Assembly: GCA_965222075.1 (NCBI GenBank) | Contig: OZ244937.1 | Coordinates: 2,752,001 to 2,816,000, forward strand | Reading direction: 5' to 3' | Source of the DNA: Candidatus Latescibacterota bacterium | GTDB taxonomy: Bacteria > Latescibacterota > UBA2968 > GCA-2709665 | Length of the DNA: 64,000 bases | In this document: piece after piece, positions 1 to 8,297 of the stretch | Layout of the letters: each line of letters opens with the position of its first letter | How positions within the stretch are numbered: the stretch's first letter is position 1 | The notes under the pieces: generated by a model | What the model saw: only the letters and a program-made list of their open reading frames with translations | Databases searched by the model: none | Told to the model about the DNA's origin: nothing | Position numbers and translations under genes: made by a program

Positions 1-1
1 C

Positions 2-493
2 ACGGAAAGCTACCCCCCCGAAGGCTTTTCCGACCGCTATTCGCTACGCTACCCATTTGCGTTCGACCTGGGCATGGCCTGGTCCGGCCGGGGACTCACC
101 TTAGCGGGCGACCTTCAGTATGCCGACCTCCAGCAGGTCACCTACCGGGAACTGCCGGACGTGATCTCCCCCCACGTGGAAAGCTTCCAGAACCAGTACC
201 GAAACACCTTCCGCTACCACCTGGGCGCCGAATATCGAACCCCGCAGGGGGTGTTGGCCCTGCGGGCGGGCTACTACCGCGACCCGGTCCGCTATGTGGG
301 AGGGCAGGGCCAGCCCACGGTTCAGGTAGAGGAAGGCCGGGACGTTCTGACCTTTGGTCTGGGCACCCTCCTGGAAAAAACCGTCGCCCTCGACCTGGCC
401 GTCGCAGTGGGCGGCCACCGCCAGGTGGAAGGCAACCGCCAGGACCACATCCGCACGGTGCGGCTGTTCGCATCCATGGGATGCCGGTTCTGA
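2..493 (+). CDS. Outer-membrane transport protein, OmpP1/FadL-like (3' part, runs off window start)
   Basis: Frame is open from base 2 (TESYPPEGFSDRYSLRYPFAFDLGMAW...). Amphipathic beta strands, motif YHLGAEY...ALRAGYYRDP, C-terminal Phe. Confidence 0.65.
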   Translation, partial: TESYPPEGFSDRYSLRYPFAFDLGMAWSGRGLTLAGDLQYADLQQVTYRELPDVISPHVESFQNQYRNTFRYHLGAEYRTPQGVLALRAGYYRDPVRYVGGQGQPTVQVEEGRDVLTFGLGTLLEKTVALDLAVAVGGHRQVEGNRQDHIRTVRLFASMGCRF

Positions 494-690
494 AATACCG
501 GTCGAAAGTGTCGTATCCTATCCTTGAACAGGAGTTGTTGAGAATCGAGTCCTACATTTGCTGAATATCCAGGGTGATTTTGTTGAGGACCCAACAGGTT
601 TCCTCTACAAGAAGACCCAAAACGCAGGGCTTGTCCGTCGGCGATGTGCGATCTCCAGGGCAGGCCCCTCTGCGTAGTAGGAAAGAAACC

Positions 691-2298
691 ATGCGTAAGC
701 TGCTGCTTCATCTGGCCTGTTGGTTCGGCTCGGCACGTACCTCGATCTTCGCAATCCTGTCCATCGCCCTTTGGATTCACCCGCTGTCTCTTTCCTCAGT
801 CAATATTGCGCTGCAACCAGGTCCTTCTCCCGACTTTGACCGCGATGTGCTGGTGGCGCTGTACAATGCGACCGATGGGGACAATTGGACGAACAGGACA
901 AATTGGCTGACTGACAACGACCTTTCGACCTGGCATGGCGTCACGGTTTTAAACGGTCGGGTCACGTCCCTGAACCTGGAAGAAAACAATCTGACGGGCG
1001 AGATCCCGCCCCAATTGGGCAACCTGACCAGCCTTGACAGCCTGCGTCTTGTCAGGAATAAATTGAGTGGCACGATCCCGCCCCAATTGGGCAACCTGTC
1101 CAAACTTACGGTGCTGGATCTCTGGGGCAATCAGCTGCGTGGTCCGATTCCTGTGGAATTGGGCAACCTGGCCAACCTTGAGGTGCTGAAGCTCAGCGGC
1201 AATAGGTTGGGTGGGGGTATTCCGTCCTTCCTGGGCAACATGGCCAACCTCAGGGCGCTGAGTCTTGGCTACAATGGGTTGGGTGGGAGTATTCCGTCCT
1301 TCCTGGGCAACTTGACCAACCTTGAGTGGCTGGATCTTGCCAACAATGGGTTGGGTGGGAGTATTCCGTCCTTCCTGGGCAACTTGACCAACCTTAAGGG
1401 GCTGTTTCTTGGCTACAATGCGTTGAGCGGCAAGATCCTACCCGAATTGGGAAAACTATCCAACCTTGAGAAGCTGTTTCTTGGCTACAATGCGTTGAGT
1501 GGCAAGATCCCACCCGAATTGGGAAAACTATCCAACCTGACGTGGCTGTTTCTTAAAAGAAATAAGTTGAAGGGCGCAATTCCTGTGGAATTGGCCGAAC
1601 TATCCAACCTTGAATGGCTGTATCTTACCAGCAATCAGTTGAGTGGCAAAATCCCGGCCGAACTGGCCAAACTATCCAACCTGAAGCGGCTGGGTCTTAC
1701 CAACAATAAGTTGAAGGGCAAGATCCCGGCCGAATTGGCCAACCTGTCCAACCTGAAGCGGCTGGCTCTTGCCAACAATAAGTTGAGTGGTCCGATTCCC
1801 GTGGAATTGGCCGAACTATCCAACCTTGAGTGGCTGTTTCTTAACAGCAATAAGTTGAGTGGTCCGATTCCCGTGGAATTGGGAAAACTATCCAACCTGA
1901 AGTGGCTGACGCTTAACAACAATAGGTTGAGCGGCAAAATCCCGGCCGAACTGGCCAAACTATCCAACCTGACGCGGCTGGCTCTTCACGAGAATAAGTT
2001 GAAGGGCACGATCCCGGCCGAACTGGCCAAACTATCCAACCTGACGCGGCTGGCTCTTCACGAGAATAAGTTGAAGGGCACGATCCCGGCCGAACTGGCC
2101 AACCTGGCCAACCTCACTCACCTGTGGCTTGGCCAGAATCAGTTGAGTGGTACGCTTCCTCAGAGCCTGACAAGGCTGACGAAGCTGGAGAAATTTCACT
2201 TTGGGGGCAAGGGGGGGCTATGCGCGCCGCCTGATGCGGCCTTTCAGGCGTGGCTTCAGGGCATTAGAATTGTCCAGGGCCCGACTTGCTGGAGATAG
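691..2298 (+). CDS. Secreted leucine-rich repeat protein with plant-specific-type 24-aa LRRs
   Basis: ATG 691 follows a purine-rich RBS. Hydrophobic N-terminus, N-cap DRDVLVALYNATDGDNW...W.GVT, repeats LxxLxLxxNxLxGxIPxxLxxLxx, C-cap LCAP...WL...GPTC. Confidence 0.9.
   Translation: MRKLLLHLACWFGSARTSIFAILSIALWIHPLSLSSVNIALQPGPSPDFDRDVLVALYNATDGDNWTNRTNWLTDNDLSTWHGVTVLNGRVTSLNLEENNLTGEIPPQLGNLTSLDSLRLVRNKLSGTIPPQLGNLSKLTVLDLWGNQLRGPIPVELGNLANLEVLKLSGNRLGGGIPSFLGNMANLRALSLGYNGLGGSIPSFLGNLTNLEWLDLANNGLGGSIPSFLGNLTNLKGLFLGYNALSGKILPELGKLSNLEKLFLGYNALSGKIPPELGKLSNLTWLFLKRNKLKGAIPVELAELSNLEWLYLTSNQLSGKIPAELAKLSNLKRLGLTNNKLKGKIPAELANLSNLKRLALANNKLSGPIPVELAELSNLEWLFLNSNKLSGPIPVELGKLSNLKWLTLNNNRLSGKIPAELAKLSNLTRLALHENKLKGTIPAELAKLSNLTRLALHENKLKGTIPAELANLANLTHLWLGQNQLSGTLPQSLTRLTKLEKFHFGGKGGLCAPPDAAFQAWLQGIRIVQGPTCWR
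961..2184 (+). repeat. 17 tandem 72-bp LRR-coding units
   Basis: Counted from VTSLNL (961) to the end of the LTHLWL unit. The two LTRLALHENKLKGTIPAELA units are nearly identical in DNA. Confidence 0.9.
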
Positions 2299-2516
2299 GC
2301 GTCGCTCGGGCGGATTACAAACCGTTAGCCTGACTCCGCGTGTCAAACGGTCGGGTTCAGCTTCTATCTTTCTCAGCAGGGAACTGCATGAAGATATTTG
2401 ACCAAAAACCTGGAGACCGGATAAAAACTACAAAAAATATAGAAGGTGAAGAGTACCTCCTTCAGACGTCTATATCCATCAAAATCATAGTGGCCATCTA
2501 CTGGCCTTAAGAGGCA

Positions 2517-4904
2517 ATGATGCTGCGTAACTATCTGATTGTGGCGATTCGGAATCTGCTGAAGAATAGAGTCTTGTCCATGATCAACATTCTTGGGCTG
2601 GGAGCGAGCATGTCGATTTGCATGCTGATCATCTTGTTCGTGTCATACCAGCAGTCGTCGGACGCGTGGCACAAGAAGGCAGATCGTATCTACCGCATCA
2701 CCTGCGACTATAGTTCGCTTGCTGGTAGTATTCGCCCCTTCGCAACGACACCTGCGAGCCTTGCTCCGCTGCTGCAAGAGGCCTACCCGGAGGTGGAGGT
2801 GGCTACACGGGTACGCATCTTCCGCGGCTCGGCGGGCCCTCGCGGCGAGCAGATCGACGTGTCCGGCCTTTATGCCGAGCCGTCGTTTTTCGAGGTATTC
2901 GACTTCACGCTCGCGGAAGGGGATGCCGCCACCTCGCTTTCCGAGCCCAATTCCATCCTGCTTTCGCGGCACCAGGCGGTCGCATTCTTTGGCGATTCCA
3001 GTCCGCTGGGCAAGACAGTGACGATCGGACAAACGCCATACACGGTAAAGGGCGTCCTGGCCGATCAGGCAGGGCCCAGTTATCTGCGGTTTCAGGTTCT
3101 GGTGTCGTTCGCGACCCTGGCATCGTCCAACCGACGGGCCCCGTACTGGTACGAAGACATGAACGACACATACACCTTCCTGGTCCTGCGAGAGGGTAGC
3201 CGCCCCCCGGCTCTGGAAGCGCACCTGATGCAGATCATCCGTGACCACTATCCTCCCAGGATGAACTCACGGCTGGAGAGGGCGTATGTCCAATTGTTGA
3301 CCGACATCAGCCTGGGCGTCATGATGGTTAACCAGCTTAGCTGGATCGTTCCGGGCTCGGTTGTCTATTTTGTGAGTGTCCTGGCCATCCTGACACTGGC
3401 GGTGGCGTGCTACAATTACACCAACCTGACGGTGGCCAGGGCAATGGCACGGGCGCAAGAGGTGGCGATTCGGAAAGTGGTAGGTGCATATCGGGGACAG
3501 ATCGCCTGCCAGATCTTGATAGAGTCGATTCTAACGGCACTGCTGGGAATGGTCCTTGCCTCATTGCTGCTCTTATGGCTCATCCCCAGTTTCAATGCGT
3601 TGTTCTTTACATCGCTTTTTCCATCGGCCCGCATCAGGATCGGCGTTCTCGAACACGGGACGGTCTATCTCAAGCTCCTCGGCTTCAGCGCAGGGGTAGG
3701 ACTTCTCGCGGGCACCTACCCTGCACTTCGTCTTTCCCGATTCGTCCCAGCCCTGGTCTTGAAGGGAGGACGTTTCACGAAGGGTCGGGCCTGGTCATTC
3801 AAACAGGTGCTTGTGATGGGGCAGCTTGGATTGTCGCTATTCTTCGTCCTCTCGACCCTGTTCGTATACCAGCAGTTCCGCTACCTGGTGTCGTCCGACT
3901 ATGGATTCGATCACGAAAATATCGTGAACGTGAGGCTTCAGGGGGTGCGCTACGACGTGTTCCGGCAGGCGATGGAGCAGTCGCCTGCGGTGGAGCACAT
4001 TTCAGGCGCCTCGCAGCTCCTGATGCAGGGGGAGCAGGAGCCAGTCCTGGTGAAGGTCGGCGGGGGAAACCCTCAGACGATCAACCAGTTGAAGGTGGAC
4101 CGCAATTTTGTTACGAACCTGAAGCTCAAGTTGCTTGCAGGCCGCAATTTCGATCAGCCATCGGAGATCCACACCGGCGCGCTTCTGAATAGCACCGCTG
4201 CTCGGCGTCTGGGGCTTGGGGACGGGGAGCAGGCGATAGGCCGAATCCTGACCGTGGGGAAGAGCACTGAACTCACCGTCGTGGGGATTCTGGACGACTT
4301 CCAGACATACGGCATGGGCACGGACTTCGATCCGATCATCCTGCGCTGGGACCCGGCGGGCATAAATTGGGCGAACGTGCGAGTGTTACCAGGCCAGATG
4401 TCTCAGGCGGTTGCGGACCTCGAACGGATCTGGCCGAAGCTTGGAAGCCCATGGAAAGTGGAGCATGCTCCGTTCACGACGCAAATCCGTGCAGGAATGC
4501 TCGGCGGGTTCTATTCAGACGCATTGCGCATCATTGCTCTGATCGCCACTTTCGTGGTGCTCCTGGCCTTGCTCGGAGTCCTGGGAATGGCGATTCACAC
4601 GACGGAAACGCAGGTCAAAGAAGTCGCCATACGCAAGGTTCTGGGAGCGAGTCCCTGGCAGATCGCAGTGCTGCTATCAAAGGGCTTCTTGATAATGTTT
4701 GCCCTGGCGGCCCTGCTGTCGGCGCCCGCGGCATGGTTCGCAAACCACCTCTGGCTCAACCAGTTCCCCTTCCGGGTCACGATGAACCCGTGGCTGTTCG
4801 GCAGCGCTGTTGCCGCGATGATGGCGATTATTCTCGCGGTGGTTGGGTCGCAGACGCTTCGCGCGGCGACTTCGGACCCGGTAAAGGCGCTCAGGAACCA
4901 GTGA
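2517..4904 (+). CDS. ABC transporter permease, duplicated MacB-periplasmic/FtsX type
   Basis: MLRNYLIVAIRNLLKN start, two EVAIRKV(V/L)GA motifs, multiple TM segments, C-terminal DPVKALR. Confidence 0.9.
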   Translation: MMLRNYLIVAIRNLLKNRVLSMINILGLGASMSICMLIILFVSYQQSSDAWHKKADRIYRITCDYSSLAGSIRPFATTPASLAPLLQEAYPEVEVATRVRIFRGSAGPRGEQIDVSGLYAEPSFFEVFDFTLAEGDAATSLSEPNSILLSRHQAVAFFGDSSPLGKTVTIGQTPYTVKGVLADQAGPSYLRFQVLVSFATLASSNRRAPYWYEDMNDTYTFLVLREGSRPPALEAHLMQIIRDHYPPRMNSRLERAYVQLLTDISLGVMMVNQLSWIVPGSVVYFVSVLAILTLAVACYNYTNLTVARAMARAQEVAIRKVVGAYRGQIACQILIESILTALLGMVLASLLLLWLIPSFNALFFTSLFPSARIRIGVLEHGTVYLKLLGFSAGVGLLAGTYPALRLSRFVPALVLKGGRFTKGRAWSFKQVLVMGQLGLSLFFVLSTLFVYQQFRYLVSSDYGFDHENIVNVRLQGVRYDVFRQAMEQSPAVEHISGASQLLMQGEQEPVLVKVGGGNPQTINQLKVDRNFVTNLKLKLLAGRNFDQPSEIHTGALLNSTAARRLGLGDGEQAIGRILTVGKSTELTVVGILDDFQTYGMGTDFDPIILRWDPAGINWANVRVLPGQMSQAVADLERIWPKLGSPWKVEHAPFTTQIRAGMLGGFYSDALRIIALIATFVVLLALLGVLGMAIHTTETQVKEVAIRKVLGASPWQIAVLLSKGFLIMFALAALLSAPAAWFANHLWLNQFPFRVTMNPWLFGSAVAAMMAIILAVVGSQTLRAATSDPVKALRNQ

Positions 4905-5027
4905 ACTGCATAGCATCCTGTGAAATTCTCCAGTAACGAGCGTTTTCAGCGCATCATTGATCCTCCAGAAAAGCGAACGATCATGGCATGCTATTTCTGG
5001 GACAGAACACCAGGTCACCGGAGCATA

Positions 5028-5693
5028 ATGATGAAATTTACGCTTTTATTTTTGATCCTATATCTGGGTACAACACCTGTTTTTGCACAGGAAACGCAAG
5101 CGGATTCAACGCGGAGTGAACGGCCGACATTTTCGATGACGCCTACCTGAGTGGGCTGACCTGGGGAAGGCGCACCGCTTCGGGGAAGCGGCATTCATAC
5201 GAAATTTACACTTTCAGGGCGGTATGTAGATACGCCAATGGACCGCCCGCAGTGGCGGTTTACCGCCAATTACAGCCTCCATCAACGCTTGCAAGTTGGG
5301 GTTGAGGTGAATCCAAAAGCGAAAGAGGCAGGACCTCTTGTGACGCTGTTTCTGTTAACCGAGACCAGGACGCGTCCGGCGCTCTTTTTGGGCACGAGCT
5401 CAGATCGAATCGGTTCGCCGGCGGGCGAGCAGTCTTACTTCGCCACCATAAGCAAATATATACCCCGGTTGCGCACTTCTTTTTACGGCAGTTTGAATTA
5501 TTCGGAATGGGATGGGAAGTTCAATATTCCCTTTGGCGCGGGGGTTGAATTGGGTAAAGGCTTTTCACTTCGACCGATGTATGATGGCGACCGGGGGCAT
5601 GTGATGCTGAATTATTTCACCACGCACTACGGTGTCAGTTTGATGTATGTGTGGCTTGAAACCCCGGGTATTTCGTTTTCTCTCGGATTTTAA
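5028..5693 (+). CDS. Putative outer-membrane beta-barrel selenoprotein with UxxU motif (YjbH-like barrel)
   Basis: GGAG RBS and ATG 5028, signal peptide MMKFTLLFLILYLGTTPVFA. In-frame TGA at 5148-5150 and 5157-5159 (T-U-V-G-U-P); the frame stays open into ORF 5238..5693, which ends in the beta-signal-like GISFSLGF. Confidence 0.75.
5175..5191 (+). promoter_or_regulatory. Candidate bacterial SECIS hairpin
   Basis: Stem CCGCTT/AAGCGG with loop CGGGG. The loop starts about 21 nt after the second UGA and about 30 nt after the first. Confidence 0.5.
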
Positions 5694-5694
5694 T
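5667..5694 (+). repeat. 28-bp direct repeat, copy 1 (3' end of the barrel gene)
   Basis: GGTATTTCGTTTTCTCTCGGATTTTAAT, identical to 7453-7480. Confidence 0.95.
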
Positions 5695-5772
5695 TTGACA
5701 TTGTCAGATTTGGAAGGAGACCCCTGTCGAGAACAAAAATCCAATCCACCTTAAATTCGCCTCAAATTGGTC

Positions 5773-5803
5773 TTGACTTTGGGGTCCACTTCAAAGGTAG
5801 TTT
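5773..5803 (+). promoter_or_regulatory. Candidate MerR-family (ZntR/CadR-like) promoter-operator
   Basis: TTGACT, 19-nt spacer, TAGTTT, with the imperfect dyad CTTTGGGGT-CC-ACTTCAAAG (7/9) spanning the spacer. Confidence 0.45.
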
Positions 5804-5840
5804 ATCTTTGTATGTTCACTGCTGAGGGAGGATCGATTAA

Positions 5841-7208
5841 ATGCACGTCACCAGAAGGCAGTTTCTGAAGTCGGCGGCCGCCGTCACCGTGGGATTCCAA
5901 GGGCTGCAGCGCCACGTGGTCTGGGGGGAGGCCCCCAGGGAGGGGATCGCCGCGGGCTACGGCCCCATGCGACCGGACCCGGGCGGGATCGTCGACCTGC
6001 CCGCGGGCTTCACCTATCGGGTGATCTCCCGCACCGGCGTCGAGATGGACGATGGCCTCCGGGTGCCGGGGCTGCCCGACGCCATGGCCGCCTTTCCCGG
6101 AGCGGAGGGACGGACCCTGCTGGTCTGCAACCACGAGCTCACGGCGGGGGCCCGCAAGGTCGGCGCCTTCGGCGATGAGAACGAGCGTCTCGGCAAGCTG
6201 CCGCGGGAGCGGTTCTACGACTGGGGCCGTAGCGACCCGCCCCAGGGAGGGACGACGACCTTCGTGCTCGGCCCCGCCGGTGAGCTGGAGAAACATTACC
6301 TCAGCCTCGCCGGCACCGTGCGCAACTGCGCCGGCGGCCTCACCCCCTGGGGAAGCTGGATCACCTGCGAGGAGACGACCCAGCGCGCCGACGACAACCA
6401 CGAACAGGACCACGGGTACAACTTCGAGGTCCCGGTGGGCCCGGCCACGGGGCCGGTGGAGCCAGTGGCCCTGAAGGCGATGGGCCGCTTCAACCACGAG
6501 GCCGTCGCCGTCCATCCGGCGACGGGCATCGTCTATCAGACCGAGGACGCCGGCGACGGTCTCATCTACCGCTACCTGCCCGACGAGCCCGGACGTCTCG
6601 CGGCCGGTGGCCGGCTGCAGGCGCTCATGGCCCTCGACCGGCCGAGCCTGAACACGGACAACCACAAGTCGCAGACCGTCGCTCCCGGGGACCGCCTGGC
6701 CACGGCCTGGGTCGACATGGAGGACGTGGAGTCCCCGAACGATGACCTGCGCGCCCAGGGGTTCGACAAGGGCGCCGCCCGCTTCGCCCGCGGCGAGGGC
6801 ATGTGGTACGGCCGGGGGGCCGTCTACTTCGCATGCACCAGCGGCGGCAAGGAAAAGAAGGGGCAGGTGTGGCGCTACGAGCCGAGCCCCTATGAGGGGA
6901 CGCCCGACGAGACGGCCTCGCCCGGGACCCTGGAGCTGTTCATCGAGCCCAACGACGGCAACCTGGTGGAGAACTGCGACAACCTGACGGTGGCGCCCTG
7001 GGGCGACCTCGTGCTCTGCGAGGACGGCGGTGGGGACAACCACTTGGTGGGGGTCACGCCGGAGGGGCGGATCTACAAGCTCGGCCGCAACGCCTTCAAC
7101 GAGTCCGAGTTCGCCGGCGCCACGTTCTCGCCCGACGGCCGCACGCTTTACGCCAACATCCAGTCGCCCGGGATCACCCTGGCCATCACCGGGCCCTGGA
7201 CGGGCTGA
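5841..7208 (+). CDS. phoX: PhoX-family (DUF839) alkaline phosphatase, Tat-exported
   Basis: TRRQFLK Tat motif; LVCNHE, NCAGGLTPWGSWITCEE, MGRFNHEA, FARGEG, DNL...LCEDG and SEFAGATFSPDG motifs. Confidence 0.85.
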   Translation: MHVTRRQFLKSAAAVTVGFQGLQRHVVWGEAPREGIAAGYGPMRPDPGGIVDLPAGFTYRVISRTGVEMDDGLRVPGLPDAMAAFPGAEGRTLLVCNHELTAGARKVGAFGDENERLGKLPRERFYDWGRSDPPQGGTTTFVLGPAGELEKHYLSLAGTVRNCAGGLTPWGSWITCEETTQRADDNHEQDHGYNFEVPVGPATGPVEPVALKAMGRFNHEAVAVHPATGIVYQTEDAGDGLIYRYLPDEPGRLAAGGRLQALMALDRPSLNTDNHKSQTVAPGDRLATAWVDMEDVESPNDDLRAQGFDKGAARFARGEGMWYGRGAVYFACTSGGKEKKGQVWRYEPSPYEGTPDETASPGTLELFIEPNDGNLVENCDNLTVAPWGDLVLCEDGGGDNHLVGVTPEGRIYKLGRNAFNESEFAGATFSPDGRTLYANIQSPGITLAITGPWTG

Positions 7209-7452
7209 GCCGAGGCCTCAGTCGAGTCCCTGGCGCGGCTCGGCGCAGGTCACGGCTGATCGCGCTTGATCAGGTAGCGCAAACCGGCAGTTTGCAGCAC
7301 CCTCGCCGGGCTGTTGCGTTTTACGTACTAAGCGAGCCTTAACCCTTTAAAATCAAGCAAATGAAAGCCATGGCGGCCTGCAGAAATTGGGGCATGGTCA
7401 ACATCCAAATGCGCCATGTGAAGGTTGGGACCGTTCAATGATTTGCATCAAT

Positions 7453-7480
7453 GGTATTTCGTTTTCTCTCGGATTTTAAT
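7453..7480 (+). repeat. 28-bp direct repeat, copy 2
   Basis: Identical to 5667-5694 and followed directly by GTGGAGGGTCAC-ATG of the next gene. Confidence 0.95.
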
Positions 7481-7492
7481 GTGGAGGGTCAC

Positions 7493-8176
7493 ATGCGTTA
7501 TTGGACATTTTTATTCCTGATTGTTCTGGCAAGTCCGGCTGCGCTGACAGCTGAAACTCAGATTCCCGATAGGGCGCTTTGCAGTGTCTGTGCATTAAAG
7601 GGCGGCGAGACAGAGTTGGAAAAGGTCAAGGCCCACTCGGAATATGAGGGCAAGGCATACTACTTTTGTTCTGAAAACTGCAAAATGGAATTTGACTCAG
7701 ACCCCACGGCTTTTTTACCACCGGTATTTCCACGACCTGCACCAGCCTGCGTTGTTGAAACGCTGGAGGGCGGAGACAGGGCGTTGGGGGATTTTAAGGG
7801 CAAAGTTGTGCTCGTAGATTTCTGGGCAACCTGGTGCAAACCCTGTCTTGAAACAATGCCCCGGTTGCAAAAACTCTACAACGTTTATTCCGACAGGGGA
7901 TTGGACGTTTTGGGTGTGTCTATAGATGAAGACAAAGACCGGATTAAAAAGATCAAAAAGATGGTGGACAAAATGAATATTTCTTATCCCATCTTTGTAG
8001 ACGCGAAGCAGACGCCCGCCTGGCATCAGTTCAAAGTGAAAGCGATTCCTGCGATGTATCTTCTCAACAGAGAAAGCCAGATCGTAGCGCAGTGGACGGG
8101 AAAGATAGATTACGAGGAAGTGGAGAAGGAAGTTTTGAGACAGTTGAAAAAAAAGCTCGAAGTTGAAGGGCCATAA
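7493..8176 (+). CDS. Exported YHS-domain / TlpA-family thiol-disulfide oxidoreductase fusion
   Basis: Signal peptide; CSVC...YEGKAYYFCSENCKMEFDSDP (YHS/TRASH); DFKGKVVLVDFWATWCKPC...P and AIP cis-Pro loop (TlpA/ResA). Confidence 0.85.
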   Translation: MRYWTFLFLIVLASPAALTAETQIPDRALCSVCALKGGETELEKVKAHSEYEGKAYYFCSENCKMEFDSDPTAFLPPVFPRPAPACVVETLEGGDRALGDFKGKVVLVDFWATWCKPCLETMPRLQKLYNVYSDRGLDVLGVSIDEDKDRIKKIKKMVDKMNISYPIFVDAKQTPAWHQFKVKAIPAMYLLNRESQIVAQWTGKIDYEEVEKEVLRQLKKKLEVEGP

Positions 8177-8297
8177 GCGAATTTTGTTGCGAAGCATACT
8201 CAGACCCGTTGTGATCTGAGCTGGCTCGTACCCGAGTTTGGTTCCTACCCAACGTCAGCGTGGAAATCCACAAACCATTTGAGCTCATGGAATAAAA

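Noticed and set aside
961-2184. Regular 72-bp periodicity resembling a CRISPR array
   Set aside because: It is in-frame LRR coding sequence, with no constant repeat plus unique spacer pattern and no cas genes.
4920-5150. Stand-alone 76-aa ORF as listed in the track
   Set aside because: Better explained as the N-terminus (ATG 5028) of the readthrough protein.
5148-5159. Genome-wide UGA reassignment (genetic code 4 or 25) as the explanation for the in-frame TGAs
   Set aside because: TGA is the normal stop of many complete genes here (e.g. 491-493, 4902-4904, 7206-7208, mnmG), and Trp is TGG throughout.
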